A stretch of DNA of 64,000 nt from an uncultured virus (IMG/VR IMGVR_UViG_3300035135_002447) (taxonomy: Duplodnaviria > Heunggongvirae > Uroviricota > Caudoviricetes): the IMG/VR virus record IMGVR_UViG_3300035135_002447; one strand, 5' to 3'. How positions within the stretch are numbered: position 1 is the stretch's first letter; each line of letters begins with the position of its first letter. Positions 1-10,800 of the stretch are shown piece by piece. Below the pieces are notes generated by a model, which saw only the letters and a list, made by a program, of their open reading frames with translations, searched no databases and was not told where the DNA came from. The translations under genes and the position numbers were made by a program.

Positions 1-1082
1 GCCCAATTTCCTTGGTCTTCTTCTAATCCTTCTGATACAGAAAGGGCTGAAGTATGTGCTGTAGTACATATGTAAACTATTCCGCCGTACTTAACAACAT
101 CACCTAACTTATATCTAGTTGTAGGAGCCCAATCTCCTGTCCAGTCAAACGATTCGCTAACAAAAGTCCAATATGATTGGTCTATTTCTAAACCATTTGC
201 TACGGTTGAGTTTGAAGTGTGTTGTGTGTTTGCTTGATATACTTTTCCGCCATATCTAACAACATCACCTATTCTGTAGTCGGTTGCAACAGTCCATTCA
301 TCTAGCCAGTTGGACCCTTTGTAAAAGATTTCCCAATATGCAATATCTGCAATCAATCCATTAACTTGTAAACTTGTACTTGTATGATCTTCAATGCACT
401 TGTAAATGTAACCGTTATATTTTACAAATTGACCTACAGAATATTTTGTTTGTGTTGTCCAATTTTTTGACCAAAGCTGGCCGTCGGACATTTGCTCCCA
501 ATATGAACTATATCTAGTAACTAGCTTCCTTCCCATGTCAGTACTGACTGTACTAAAATAAAATAAATTTTTAGGACTATTTGCATCAGGAGTATAAGTT
601 ATATATCTTACATTTGCTGTAGCAAAATTTACATAATATAATTCTCTTGTTGTTTCTACTTCATCTATGTAATATCTTACGTTAGGATTGAACGTTCCGC
701 CTTGTAGTGTTCCGTTTTCTAGTGTGCTTATTCCTAGTGGTTGCACTAAATTATTTTGATTATAACTAAAGTTAGATGCGTCAGCTTGTATAAATTTGTA
801 TGTGTTTCCTCTGATCATATCAAAATCAGGACGTTCAACGCCATTGAAGTAAAATACCCCACTTCCTGCAGAATTAAAATTATCTACACCAACGCTAACT
901 TGTACGTCAATTGTATAATCGTTATTAAATTCGTTGTAAAAATCTGCTGTAGAAGTATGTCCTAGCAAACAAACATAAGATTTACCTTGATAATATACAA
1001 TATCATCTTTGGTATATGTTATACTTGAACCCCAAGTACCTTTCCAATTAAATTTAAATCTATCTAAGCGAAATTCTGCCAT
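1..1082 (-). CDS. Virion structural protein with carbohydrate-binding-like (CBM5/12-type) repeats; runs off the window's left edge
   Basis: Not in the ORF track. ATG at 1082 gives MAEFRLDRFKFNWKGTWGSSITYTKDDIVYYQGKSYVCLLGHTS, with recurring W-x5-Y-x2-GD-VV-x-YGG-x2-Y-x5-HTS repeats further on. Confidence 0.8.
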   Translation of the reverse strand, partial: MAEFRLDRFKFNWKGTWGSSITYTKDDIVYYQGKSYVCLLGHTSTADFYNEFNNDYTIDVQVSVGVDNFNSAGSGVFYFNGVERPDFDMIRGNTYKFIQADASNFSYNQNNLVQPLGISTLENGTLQGGTFNPNVRYYIDEVETTRELYYVNFATANVRYITYTPDANSPKNLFYFSTVSTDMGRKLVTRYSSYWEQMSDGQLWSKNWTTQTKYSVGQFVKYNGYIYKCIEDHTSTSLQVNGLIADIAYWEIFYKGSNWLDEWTVATDYRIGDVVRYGGKVYQANTQHTSNSTVANGLEIDQSYWTFVSESFDWTGDWAPTTRYKLGDVVKYGGIVYICTTAHTSALSVSEGLEEDQGNW

Positions 1083-1083
1083 T

Positions 1084-1461
1084 TTAACTTCCTAATCCGT
1101 CTGATGAAGAACCATCGTCGTATGTAACTGCTTGCCCAAGTCTAGCAGTAAGAACACCTTCTGCATCTACATAATAAAAAATATTTTTATCATCCCATCT
1201 AAATTGTTCATAATTTAAATTTTCGTACACTAAGTCATGATTAACATTTCTACCTTCAAAAAAGTCTTGTCCTTCTTGGAAGTTGTTGAAGTTGTCTTGC
1301 GGCAAGCCCGGTTTGTTTAATTCAATAGAACCATCATTAGATGCTTGATCTAATTTTCCTACAAATAATTCACCTTGATCAGTTCTTCTTAATCCATACA
1401 TGTAACGAGAACTTATACTATTGTAAACATTTTCTGGTGTATTTCCTATATATCCTGCCAT
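1084..1461 (-). CDS. Hypothetical phage protein, probably virion-associated
   Basis: 125-aa ORF with an AGGAG SD, tightly packed in the structural operon. Confidence 0.7.
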   Translation of the reverse strand: MAGYIGNTPENVYNSISSRYMYGLRRTDQGELFVGKLDQASNDGSIELNKPGLPQDNFNNFQEGQDFFEGRNVNHDLVYENLNYEQFRWDDKNIFYYVDAEGVLTARLGQAVTYDDGSSSDGLGS

Positions 1462-1470
1462 ATCAACTCC

Positions 1471-1800
1471 TTATACAATATCCACATAACTTATTACAGC
1501 ATCATATGCTGCATCCATATCTGCTTGTATTTTTAATGCATTATCACCTGCTAATATTAACTTTTCTCCAGGCGGTATTGCCCTTAAACTACTATTAGGT
1601 GGGATCATAATATCTTTCAAATAAAATCCTTCTACACTTGTATCATCTTGTATTTTTATACTTGCATACACTGTGCCTTCTGTTAAATTATTTAAACTAA
1701 TACCTAGTACAACCGATCTTGTTGCTGCATCTGTCGTAATTGCTGTGATAGGTAAAAGTCCTACCTCTTTAATAACTTTATTTCTAAAAAATGTTGCCAT
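1471..1800 (-). CDS. Small virion structural protein, beta-rich
   Basis: 109 aa; resembles 15830..16186 (GEKLILAGD vs SEKVILSEGD; DAVISYVDI vs AANISFLEV). Confidence 0.7.
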   Translation of the reverse strand: MATFFRNKVIKEVGLLPITAITTDAATRSVVLGISLNNLTEGTVYASIKIQDDTSVEGFYLKDIMIPPNSSLRAIPPGEKLILAGDNALKIQADMDAAYDAVISYVDIV

Positions 1801-1804
1801 GTCT

Positions 1805-4800
1805 TTATCCTAATACTATCACATATTCAATTGCTATATTTTCAGCATCAATAGTACTTATCCCTCCTGCAGTACCTGCAATACTTGTCCAGGTAGTGCC
1901 ATTATAAATTTCTACTCTGCCGTCGCTACTATTGTAACGAATCATTCCTGCTTCTGTACTTAATCCTTGCGGTTTTTGTAAGTTTGTTCCTACAGGAATA
2001 ACAAATCCTTTACTGCCTGGAATTTTAAAATATCCATTACCTGAACTTACAAATTCTGTAATTGAATCTGTAACTGTATTTGTAATTGTTCCTGCGTTGA
2101 AGCTAAAATTTTCAACTTGAACATTGCCAGTGCCATTGCCTGTCAACGTCAAATCTGCATTTGTTGCCTGTGTTTCAATTGTATTTGCAGTAAATGTAAT
2201 CTCAGGTAAGTCTAAATCAGCAACTCTAAATCTATCTGTGTTTACATCAGCAACAACACTGCCTCCTGCATAAAAGCGTATAGTATCATCGTCAGCACCA
2301 GGAGTAAGTTCTGTAGTGATTTTAGTATCGCCATCGGCGTCTTCTAAGCCACTTAAAGATATCCACGTTGTGCCATTGTATCCTTCAAATCTACTTAAAT
2401 CTGAATTGTATCTAATTTGTCCTCCTACGCCTGCTGGTTGTTGTGCAGTTGTACCTACAGGTATTCTTAAAGCACCGTTGCCGCTTATTACAATATTTCC
2501 TGAAGTAGAAGCAAGTGTTAAATCAGTTGCACTACTGATAGTTGTGTTATTGATTTCTATGTCGTCTAGTAAAATGCTTCCTGTGCCATTTGCACGAAGT
2601 TCTAGATTTGAATTAGAAAGTGTAGTGGTAATAAAATTGTCATCAATTAATATATCACCTGTACTATAACTGTTTGCACTAACAACACCTAAATTTGTTA
2701 AATCACTAGCTATTAAGTCACCTGTAATTGTTAGATCATTTGTAATTACAACGTTATTGTTTGGTATTCTTACAACACCAGTACCGTTTGCTCTAAGTTC
2801 GAGATCAGCATTTGATGTTGTTGTAGTAATAAAGTTATCATCAATTAGTATTTCTTCAAACTGTGCTTGACCGCTAATATCTAAATCACCAGTTACACTT
2901 ACATTACCTGTTACAGAAGTATTGCCGGTTTGTACTACATCTCCTACATGGCTAAGTGTGCTTGTTATATTTGTTACACCAAGTGTAGTATTTCCGTCTA
3001 CTGATAAATTCTGACTGAATGCAACATTGCTAGTTGTAGTAACAGTGCCTGAACCATTTGCACGTAATTCCAAATCACTATTTGAAAGAGTAGTTTGAAT
3101 AACATTTCCTGCAATTCTAATATCTTCGGTTTCAATAATTGGAGCACTTATTGAGTTGTTAACTGTTAATGAGTTAAGTGATAAAGATCCGCCGACAGTT
3201 AAGTCGCCTGTAACTTCTAAATCATTGTTTGGTATTCTTACAATACCTGTACCTGCTGCACGAAGCTCTAGATCACTATTTGATTGGGTGGTTTCAATTA
3301 AGTTGCCGCCAATTCTAATATTTTCAAAACTTGCTGTGCCACCAACATCTAATGTACCTGTGCCTGATATATTTCCAGTAACACTTACATTTCCTGTTTG
3401 TGTTGTATTTCCTGTGTGAGTAATATCTCCATTTACAATTAAATTTGCAAGTGTAGTTGATCCTCCAACAGTTAAATTTTGTGTTATGTTTACGTCATTT
3501 AATGGTATTAATATTTCACCAGTACCTGCTGCAACTAATTCTAAATCACTGTTAGATTGTGTGGTTGTTATGACATTATTATCTATTAAAATATCGCCTG
3601 TAGAAAAACTATCTGCCTGTACAGTACCAGTAGCAGATAATGTGTTAAAGGTTGCCGTACCTAATATTTCTAAATCTTGGGAAATAACAACATCGTTTGT
3701 AGGTATAATAACATCACCAGTTCCGTTAGCACGAAGTTCTAAATCACTATTACTTTGTGTTGTTGTAATAAAGTTATCATTGATTAAAATGTTTTCTAAT
3801 TGTGCTTGCCCGTTTACTGTTAAATCTTTGTCAACTGATAAAGTGCCGCCAACTGTAACCTGTCCTGTTGTTGTTAGTGCAGCAAAACTGCCTGTTCCGT
3901 CAACTTGCAAATCATTTTGTACAATTAGGTTGTTATTTGGAATAATAACATCGCCTGTACCAGCTGCTCTTAATTCTAAATCGCTATTGCTATCTAATGT
4001 TGTTATAAAATTGTCATTTATAAGTATATTTTCAAGTTGAGCTTGACTGTTTACTGTAACCTGTCCTGTAGTTGTAATAGTTCCTGTTACTGCTAAATTT
4101 CCAGTTATACTTGTGTCGCCATTGACTGTTAGTTGTTCTACAGTAACAGTATCTAAATCAGTAGTTCCTATAACATTTAAGTCTTGAGTTATTTCTACGT
4201 TGTTAGAAGGTACTATAATTTTACCTGTGCCTGCAGCAACTAGCTCTAAATCTGCATTTGATTCAGTAGTGCTAATTCTGTTGCCACTAACTAAAATTAC
4301 ATTATTACTAAAACTGTTTGCTGTAATTGTGCCTGTAGACACAAGAGAATCTATATTTGCTGTTCCTGCTACATTTAAATCTTTTTCAAAAATTGTGTCG
4401 TCTTCAATTATTACACTAGCATCTGCTGATAAAATCAAATCCGGATTTAAAACAGTATCAGTAGCATTAATTGTACTTCCAGATATAGTAAGTAGATCAA
4501 ATATTGCTTGGTTAAAGTTTACAGTACCAAGCACATTCATATTGTATCCAATATCCATGTTACCACTTACATCTAAATCTCCAGTATGTGTAACACTATC
4601 ATTAACTACCAAACCGTTTAAGTTTGTCTGTCCTTGAACTAGTACGTTTCCTGTGATAGTAGCATCATTTGAATCTATAAGTACTTGACCTAATCCGTTT
4701 GATCGTAGAACTAAATTTGAACCACCGCTTGTTTGCTGTACAATACCTTGGTATATATTAATAGTGCCGGCAGTTAAATTAGTTGTTGTTGTAGTGCCAG

Positions 4801-7732
4801 TTGAAACAATAGTACCTGCATCTAAATTTTGTGTAACAGTAAGATCTGCATCTACTTCAACTACTTCTCCAGTTGTTACTCTACCAGTTCCTGCTGCTCT
4901 TAATTCTAAATCAGTATTAGATGTAGTTGTAGTAATAAAATTATCGTTTATTAATATTTCTTCAAATTGTACATCACCGCTTACTGTCAAACTGTTTAAA
5001 TTAGTTTGTCCTGTTACTGTCAAATTTTCAGTAGTTGTAAGATTTGATACACTTACATTATCTGCATTTATATCCTGTAAAGTACCGTTGCCAGTAACAT
5101 TAAGATCTTGTGTAACAACTAAATCATTGTTAGGTATAACAACATCGCCTGTTCCCGCGGCTCGTAATTCTAAATCAGCATTTGATGTAGTTGTAGAAAT
5201 GTAATTAGTTTTTATTTCTATGTCATCTATGTATGCTTCGTTAATATATAAATTTTTCCAACTTTTTGTTGGTGAACCTAAATTATAAGTGCTAGTGATA
5301 TTAGGTAATAAATTACTATCTATTCCTGCAACAATTTGTACAGTGTCAGTAGTTTGATCACCTATAGTTAAATTACCACCTATTGTAACGTCCCCTGTTA
5401 CACCTAAGTCACCGCTTATGTCAACATTAGATTGTAAATTAATATCACCAGGTGCTGAAAAATTTATATCAGTTGTAGAAGATATAGTATTTCCGCTTAT
5501 ACGCAAATCACCTGTAGTAATCTCTGTACCATCGATAAAGGTTGTATCACTTCCTGTAGTAATTGTAACACCGTTTGTGGTAGAAATGTTAAAGTTGTCT
5601 ACATTAAAACTTGCACTACCTGTATCTTGATCTACGAAGAATAAATCACCTACTCTAAAATCACCTTTGTGGTCTACAGAATTAAATCTTATTTTTGCAT
5701 CGTTTAGTTCTACAACTTCGTTTGCTTGTATTACAGTGCCTGGGTCATTTGTAACTTCTTTTCCGTTTCCGATGTATGCTAAATTTTGACCTATAGCATA
5801 TACTATTACTCCCGGGCCGTCACCGTAAAGACCGTAGTTACCATACACATTGGCACTGCCGATCATACGTATTTCAGCACCAAAATCTTGTAAGTCTAAA
5901 TTTATAATTTCTTGAGCACTTGCTCCGCTAGGTGCAGCTGTAATACTCTGTGGAGTAAAATCAAATCCTACTAGTTGTGTATCTTTTCCGTCTACTGTTA
6001 ATGTTTTTCCACTTACACTTTCTACTGTTACAGTAGCAACCGTTGATGCATCTGCTGATGTAAATGTAACAGTGTCGCCTGCTTGAAATGTTCCTGTAAC
6101 ACTTGCAAGAGCTATTCTTGTTTTACCATCTCCTTTAAGACCATCATTGCTGTCAAATGCATGTAATCCTCTATTAGCAAAATATGTAAATGAATTGAGC
6201 CATTCAATCCTTGCGCCGTTTGTTGCAGAAAGTGCGTCAACCCCAGGTGTAATCATTGTAACTGCATGGAACAGCATAGCTGCTTCTCTAGAATTTGCTG
6301 TGGCATAAGCACCGTCTACATATGCACCTTTACCAGCATCACCGTCATTAAATCCTCTTGGATCATCAATAGTGTTTGTTCCTAGATCAACACTTGAACC
6401 TTTTGTAATTATTGTTACATTTTTTATGTAAGGAGATCTAGATGTGACTTCAAAGTCAGTTGCAAATCTAAAACCATAACCGTTATCAGGAAAGACTCTA
6501 GTTCCTCCATTACAGCTAAATGTTAAATCCTGTATGTAAACTTCTTCGCCTGCTATTGGAGCAGTACCGCTATAAGTAAGTGTAATTTGTCCTGTTATAT
6601 GATCGTAAGATGCATTTGTAATTGCAATATCTATACTTTTATTATCATTTGTAATTCTTCCGCCACTTACATATGTGTGTGCAAAATCAGAAGCGCCTAC
6701 ATTTACAATTAGGCTTCCTGTGGCACCGCCGCCTGATATAACTGTATAATTATTTCTACCGCTATAAAAATCTGTAATAGTAATGTTTTCAACTGTAGTT
6801 TCACCGTTAAGTAAAAATGCATCTTTATATCTTGTTGCTGAAGTTGGTTTAATTGTTACACCACGTATGCTGTCACCACTTACACTTACTCCTGCTGGTA
6901 TTTCTAAAGGAAACTGTTCTTCGTATTCACCTGGGTAAATGTGTATTACATCTCCTGTAGTGGCTTGTGATAGAGCATGTTTTAAAGTTAAATAAGGATC
7001 TTGCGGATGATCACCTGATTGTGCATCATTACCGTTAACCCCGACATAATAAGAATTACCTGGTCTATTAGTAAAGTCAACACCATCTAAAACTAAACTT
7101 TGTGAACTAACTGTATTAGCAATTAAGTTATTAACCCAAACATCATTCCATGATTTACCACCTGTGTTTGGATTAGTACCTAAACTATATGTATTGTTTA
7201 GGTCGGGAACAATATTAGATGCAACTTCTGCCGCAAACACAACATTGTCTGTATCTGCATCACCAAGTGTAATACTTCCATCTGCTGTAATGTTTCCTGT
7301 AGCATGAATGTTTCCTGTTACATTCATATCTCCTATGACTTGTACTACACCAGTGCCATTTGCTGTTAATTCTAAATTAGTGTTAGAAACATTAGTTGTG
7401 ATTTGATTATTTTCTATGTCAATACTGTCTATAGACAACCTATTCTGATAAATTACATTATCAAAAGTTCCTAAATTAATAACTTGTCCTGTGCTTGAAA
7501 TTGTATCTGAGGAAAGTGTTAAGTCGCCGATAGTAGCGACACTTTGTACTAGTAAATCATCTGATCTTATAGTTCCTAGTACATCTAACTCATATTGAGG
7601 ATTAGTTGTTTTTATGCCAACCTTCTGATTTGTAACATCTAGATATAATAAGTTCGTCTCAAAAGCTAAATCCACTCCGTTGCGAAGCAAATTGTGCTTT
7701 AAGAGCGGACCTGATATACGACCAACAGCCAT
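1805..7732 (-). CDS. Large fibre-like virion structural protein, 1975 aa, with a pectin-lyase-like beta-helix region and many IxIDDNFITTTxSNxDLELRAxGTG repeats
   Basis: YYVGVNGND...PYLTLKHAL...IHIYPGEYEE beta-helix start; about 10 spaced repeat motifs; AGGAG SD. Confidence 0.8.
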   Translation of the reverse strand: MAVGRISGPLLKHNLLRNGVDLAFETNLLYLDVTNQKVGIKTTNPQYELDVLGTIRSDDLLVQSVATIGDLTLSSDTISSTGQVINLGTFDNVIYQNRLSIDSIDIENNQITTNVSNTNLELTANGTGVVQVIGDMNVTGNIHATGNITADGSITLGDADTDNVVFAAEVASNIVPDLNNTYSLGTNPNTGGKSWNDVWVNNLIANTVSSQSLVLDGVDFTNRPGNSYYVGVNGNDAQSGDHPQDPYLTLKHALSQATTGDVIHIYPGEYEEQFPLEIPAGVSVSGDSIRGVTIKPTSATRYKDAFLLNGETTVENITITDFYSGRNNYTVISGGGATGSLIVNVGASDFAHTYVSGGRITNDNKSIDIAITNASYDHITGQITLTYSGTAPIAGEEVYIQDLTFSCNGGTRVFPDNGYGFRFATDFEVTSRSPYIKNVTIITKGSSVDLGTNTIDDPRGFNDGDAGKGAYVDGAYATANSREAAMLFHAVTMITPGVDALSATNGARIEWLNSFTYFANRGLHAFDSNDGLKGDGKTRIALASVTGTFQAGDTVTFTSADASTVATVTVESVSGKTLTVDGKDTQLVGFDFTPQSITAAPSGASAQEIINLDLQDFGAEIRMIGSANVYGNYGLYGDGPGVIVYAIGQNLAYIGNGKEVTNDPGTVIQANEVVELNDAKIRFNSVDHKGDFRVGDLFFVDQDTGSASFNVDNFNISTTNGVTITTGSDTTFIDGTEITTGDLRISGNTISSTTDINFSAPGDINLQSNVDISGDLGVTGDVTIGGNLTIGDQTTDTVQIVAGIDSNLLPNITSTYNLGSPTKSWKNLYINEAYIDDIEIKTNYISTTTSNADLELRAAGTGDVVIPNNDLVVTQDLNVTGNGTLQDINADNVSVSNLTTTENLTVTGQTNLNSLTVSGDVQFEEILINDNFITTTTSNTDLELRAAGTGRVTTGEVVEVDADLTVTQNLDAGTIVSTGTTTTTNLTAGTINIYQGIVQQTSGGSNLVLRSNGLGQVLIDSNDATITGNVLVQGQTNLNGLVVNDSVTHTGDLDVSGNMDIGYNMNVLGTVNFNQAIFDLLTISGSTINATDTVLNPDLILSADASVIIEDDTIFEKDLNVAGTANIDSLVSTGTITANSFSNNVILVSGNRISTTESNADLELVAAGTGKIIVPSNNVEITQDLNVIGTTDLDTVTVEQLTVNGDTSITGNLAVTGTITTTGQVTVNSQAQLENILINDNFITTLDSNSDLELRAAGTGDVIIPNNNLIVQNDLQVDGTGSFAALTTTGQVTVGGTLSVDKDLTVNGQAQLENILINDNFITTTQSNSDLELRANGTGDVIIPTNDVVISQDLEILGTATFNTLSATGTVQADSFSTGDILIDNNVITTTQSNSDLELVAAGTGEILIPLNDVNITQNLTVGGSTTLANLIVNGDITHTGNTTQTGNVSVTGNISGTGTLDVGGTASFENIRIGGNLIETTQSNSDLELRAAGTGIVRIPNNDLEVTGDLTVGGSLSLNSLTVNNSISAPIIETEDIRIAGNVIQTTLSNSDLELRANGSGTVTTTSNVAFSQNLSVDGNTTLGVTNITSTLSHVGDVVQTGNTSVTGNVSVTGDLDISGQAQFEEILIDDNFITTTTSNADLELRANGTGVVRIPNNNVVITNDLTITGDLIASDLTNLGVVSANSYSTGDILIDDNFITTTLSNSNLELRANGTGSILLDDIEINNTTISSATDLTLASTSGNIVISGNGALRIPVGTTAQQPAGVGGQIRYNSDLSRFEGYNGTTWISLSGLEDADGDTKITTELTPGADDDTIRFYAGGSVVADVNTDRFRVADLDLPEITFTANTIETQATNADLTLTGNGTGNVQVENFSFNAGTITNTVTDSITEFVSSGNGYFKIPGSKGFVIPVGTNLQKPQGLSTEAGMIRYNSSDGRVEIYNGTTWTSIAGTAGGISTIDAENIAIEYVIVLG

Positions 7733-7840
7733 CTCTTCTCCTCAATACGGGGATCCTGTCCCTCTAGCCTAAATTTTCAGCTTTCGCTCTTTGCTGGCTA
7801 ACCACAGTTTGACCCTGCAAGTATGGTCTTACTTGCATTA
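7733..7840 (-). promoter_or_regulatory. Structured 5' leader RNA (candidate cis-regulatory element) of the 1975-aa gene
   Basis: Hairpin TGCAAGTA/TACTTGCA, then nested helices GGGTC/GATCC, CTGT/ACAG, TAGCC/GGCTA, AGC-GAAA-GCT, ending just before the SD. Confidence 0.6.
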
Positions 7841-7844
7841 ATAG

Positions 7845-7850
7845 TATTTA
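7845..7850 (-). promoter_or_regulatory. T4-type late promoter box (TAAATA)
   Basis: gaTAAATAct on the minus strand in the intergenic gap. Confidence 0.7.
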
Positions 7851-7866
7851 TCGTTTTGTGAAATTA

Positions 7867-10800
7867 TTAGGCAAACACCAGTGTATATAGGTCCAAAAGT
7901 GCTTCCATATCTGCTTCGGTAACGTTACCCGTTTGTCCTTCAGCAGATACCCAAGCTGCACCATCGTATACTTCTAATTTACTAAGAGTAGTGTTGTATC
8001 TTGTGTGGCCAATTTGGGGAACTGTTGGTCTATCTTGAGTTCCACCAATTGGAATCCTAAGAGCATTTGAATCAGCAAATTTTACATATCCTGTGCCAGT
8101 GTTTAGCATTTCGATATCAGATGTAGTATTAATATTTGTTCCATCTAACGAAATATCTCCTATAATAACACTACCTGTACCGTTTGCTTGTAAAGAAAAA
8201 TCTGTGTCTGAGGATATAGTAGAATTTTGTAAAACTATATCATTTGTTTGTAAAACTGTAGCAACTAAACTTGTTGGACTAATCTTACTATTAATATTAC
8301 CTTGGGTTACAAACTCTATCTGATTATTGTTGTCTACGAGAACACTTGTATCTTCGTCTTTATCAACTAATCCTGTCAGTGGTATTTTACCTGTTGCTGA
8401 ATAGCCGTTGAATAAATTAGTTGTGCTATCAAATATTAAATCTCCTTCGGAACTTGATGCAACTGCTGGTGCATTAGGTATCTGTAGAGCACCTGTACTA
8501 TCTACTATTAAGTTATCAGTATCTAGAACTAAATCTATAGGCGTAAACAAATTAGGATCTGCTAATCCCGAAATAGTTCCGTCTTTGAAAGTCATATTGC
8601 TTGCTTGAATATGTCCTGCGGGATTGTTATCTGTTCTTAATTCTAAATTACTATTAGATGTAAGTGTAGTAATTACATTATCAAAAATTTCAATATCAAT
8701 CGGTACAAACATATTGTTTATGTCTGCTGTACCTGAAAGAGTTATATTATTAACTGTTACATTTGTTGCTGTTACATTATTTGTAACTTCAACAGATTCT
8801 GAAAATACAACATCGCCTGATCCTGATGCACGTAATTCTAAATCTGCGTTAGATGATGTTGTAGTAATAAAATTGTCCTCTACAAGTATTTCTTCAAATT
8901 GTACTTTGCTTTGTGCGGTTAGATTACCTGTCGCGGTTAGATTACCTGTTAAATTCCTATTACCTGTTTGATTAATATCTTGTGCAGTCAATGTTCCGTC
9001 TATGTTAACTGCATTGCTTAATGTTGTTGATCCTGTTACATTTAAATTTTGTGTCATTTCAACATTATTGTTGGGTACAATAACATCACTTGAACCATTT
9101 GTTGCTAATACTATTGAACCATTTACTGTGGTGGCTTCTATAAGATTTCCATGTACTGCAATATTCTGAGTTTCAAATCTACTATTTTCCAATGGTGTTA
9201 CAACGTCAACATTAAGCGTAGTAAACCCATTTACTGTAACATTGCCTGGTACTTCTGCTTCGTTAAAGATTATACTACCAGTACCATTTGCTCTAAGTTC
9301 TAAATCTGCATTAGACGATGTTGTAGTAATAAAGTTTTCGTCTACAAGTATATCTTCAAACTGTGCTTCTTTGCCGACAACTAGTTCACTAGTTGTACTG
9401 ATATTTCCTGTAATATCTAAATTTCCGGTACGACTTGTGTTTCCGTTTTGTGTAACATCGCCATTAAAGTTAAACAATGCGCCAGAATAAAAATAAACTG
9501 TGCTTTCATTGTATGATCCAACTATTACATTATTACCACTTATACCTACATTATATCCAAAACGGTCGAACTGCTCTGAACCAAAAGTATTTGGGTTATC
9601 TAAGGTATATAACAAATTACCAGTTGTAACATCAAATATGTATGCTACACCTGAATCTAACTGAGATGCCGTAGGATTCCTTTCTTCCCACGCACTTACA
9701 ATAGCATAATTACCACTTATTGCCACTGCAGATCCAAAATTGTCAGAAAAACTTGTCCAATATGCGTTTGGATTATCTAGAGTATGAGCTAGTGTAGTAT
9801 CAGTCCAAGTTCCATCTGTTGTTTTAAAGATGTATGCTTTACCAGAACTAGTACCACCAGCATCATCTTCATTCACAGCACCAACAACAGCATAGTTACC
9901 ACTTATGTCTACGTCATATGCAAAACCATCACCAAAACCGGTACTATAAGCACTTGGATTGTTTAATGTATATACTAGGGATCCAGTAGTTACGTTGTAG
10001 ATATATGCCTTACCTGAAAATGAGCCACTAGCATCGTCTTCACCAGAGGTGCCAACTATTGCATAGTTGCCATCTATTGCTACTGAATTACCAAAATTAT
10101 CAAATTCACTTGTACCAAAAGGATTTGGATTGTCTAGTGTATGTAGTAAATTTCCAGTTGTAACATTAAAGATGTACGCTTTTCCAGAAAACTCCCCGCC
10201 TGCATCATCTTCCCAGGCAGCAGTAACAATGGCATAGTTGCCTGATATTGCAACATGATCACCAAATAAATCAGAAACAGCAGTGTCATAAGCATTAGGA
10301 TTATCTAAGACGTGTAATAAACTACCAGTAGTTATATCAAATATGTATGCTTTACCTGAACTACTAGCACCAGGCTCGTCTTCCTGCCGGGCACCAACAA
10401 TAGCATAGTTACCACTTATTCCTACATCCCACCCAAATCGATCGCCATCGCTAGTGCTATAAGCATTTGGGTTAGTTAGTGTGCGGTATAGAGCTCCATT
10501 TGTTACATTGTAAATTAATGCTTGACCTGAATTGGTATTTACTCCGTCGGCTCCAACAATAGCATAGTTACCATCTATGTCTAAGGACCTACTAAAGCCA
10601 GGCAGGTTCCATCCTGTTATAGAATTAGTTAATTGGAAATTACCTGATAAGGTAGTATCTCCAACAACATTTAAGTTATTATCTATTTGCACATTACTAC
10701 TTGCAACTTTAACTTCGTTACCACTAGTAGCTCTAAGCTCTAAATCTGAATTGCTTAGTGTTGTTGTAATTCTGTTGTCTTGAAAATCTATATCAGGTGA

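Noticed and set aside
7750..7815. c-di-GMP-I riboswitch identity for the 7.8-kb leader
   Set aside because: It contains GTCAAAC, GCAAAG and a GAAA loop, but the helix order does not fit the two-stem consensus.
9480..10580. CRISPR array or DGR template/variable repeat
   Set aside because: The repeats are in-frame, degenerate protein repeats with no adenine-specific pattern noticed, and no reverse transcriptase or cas gene is in the window.
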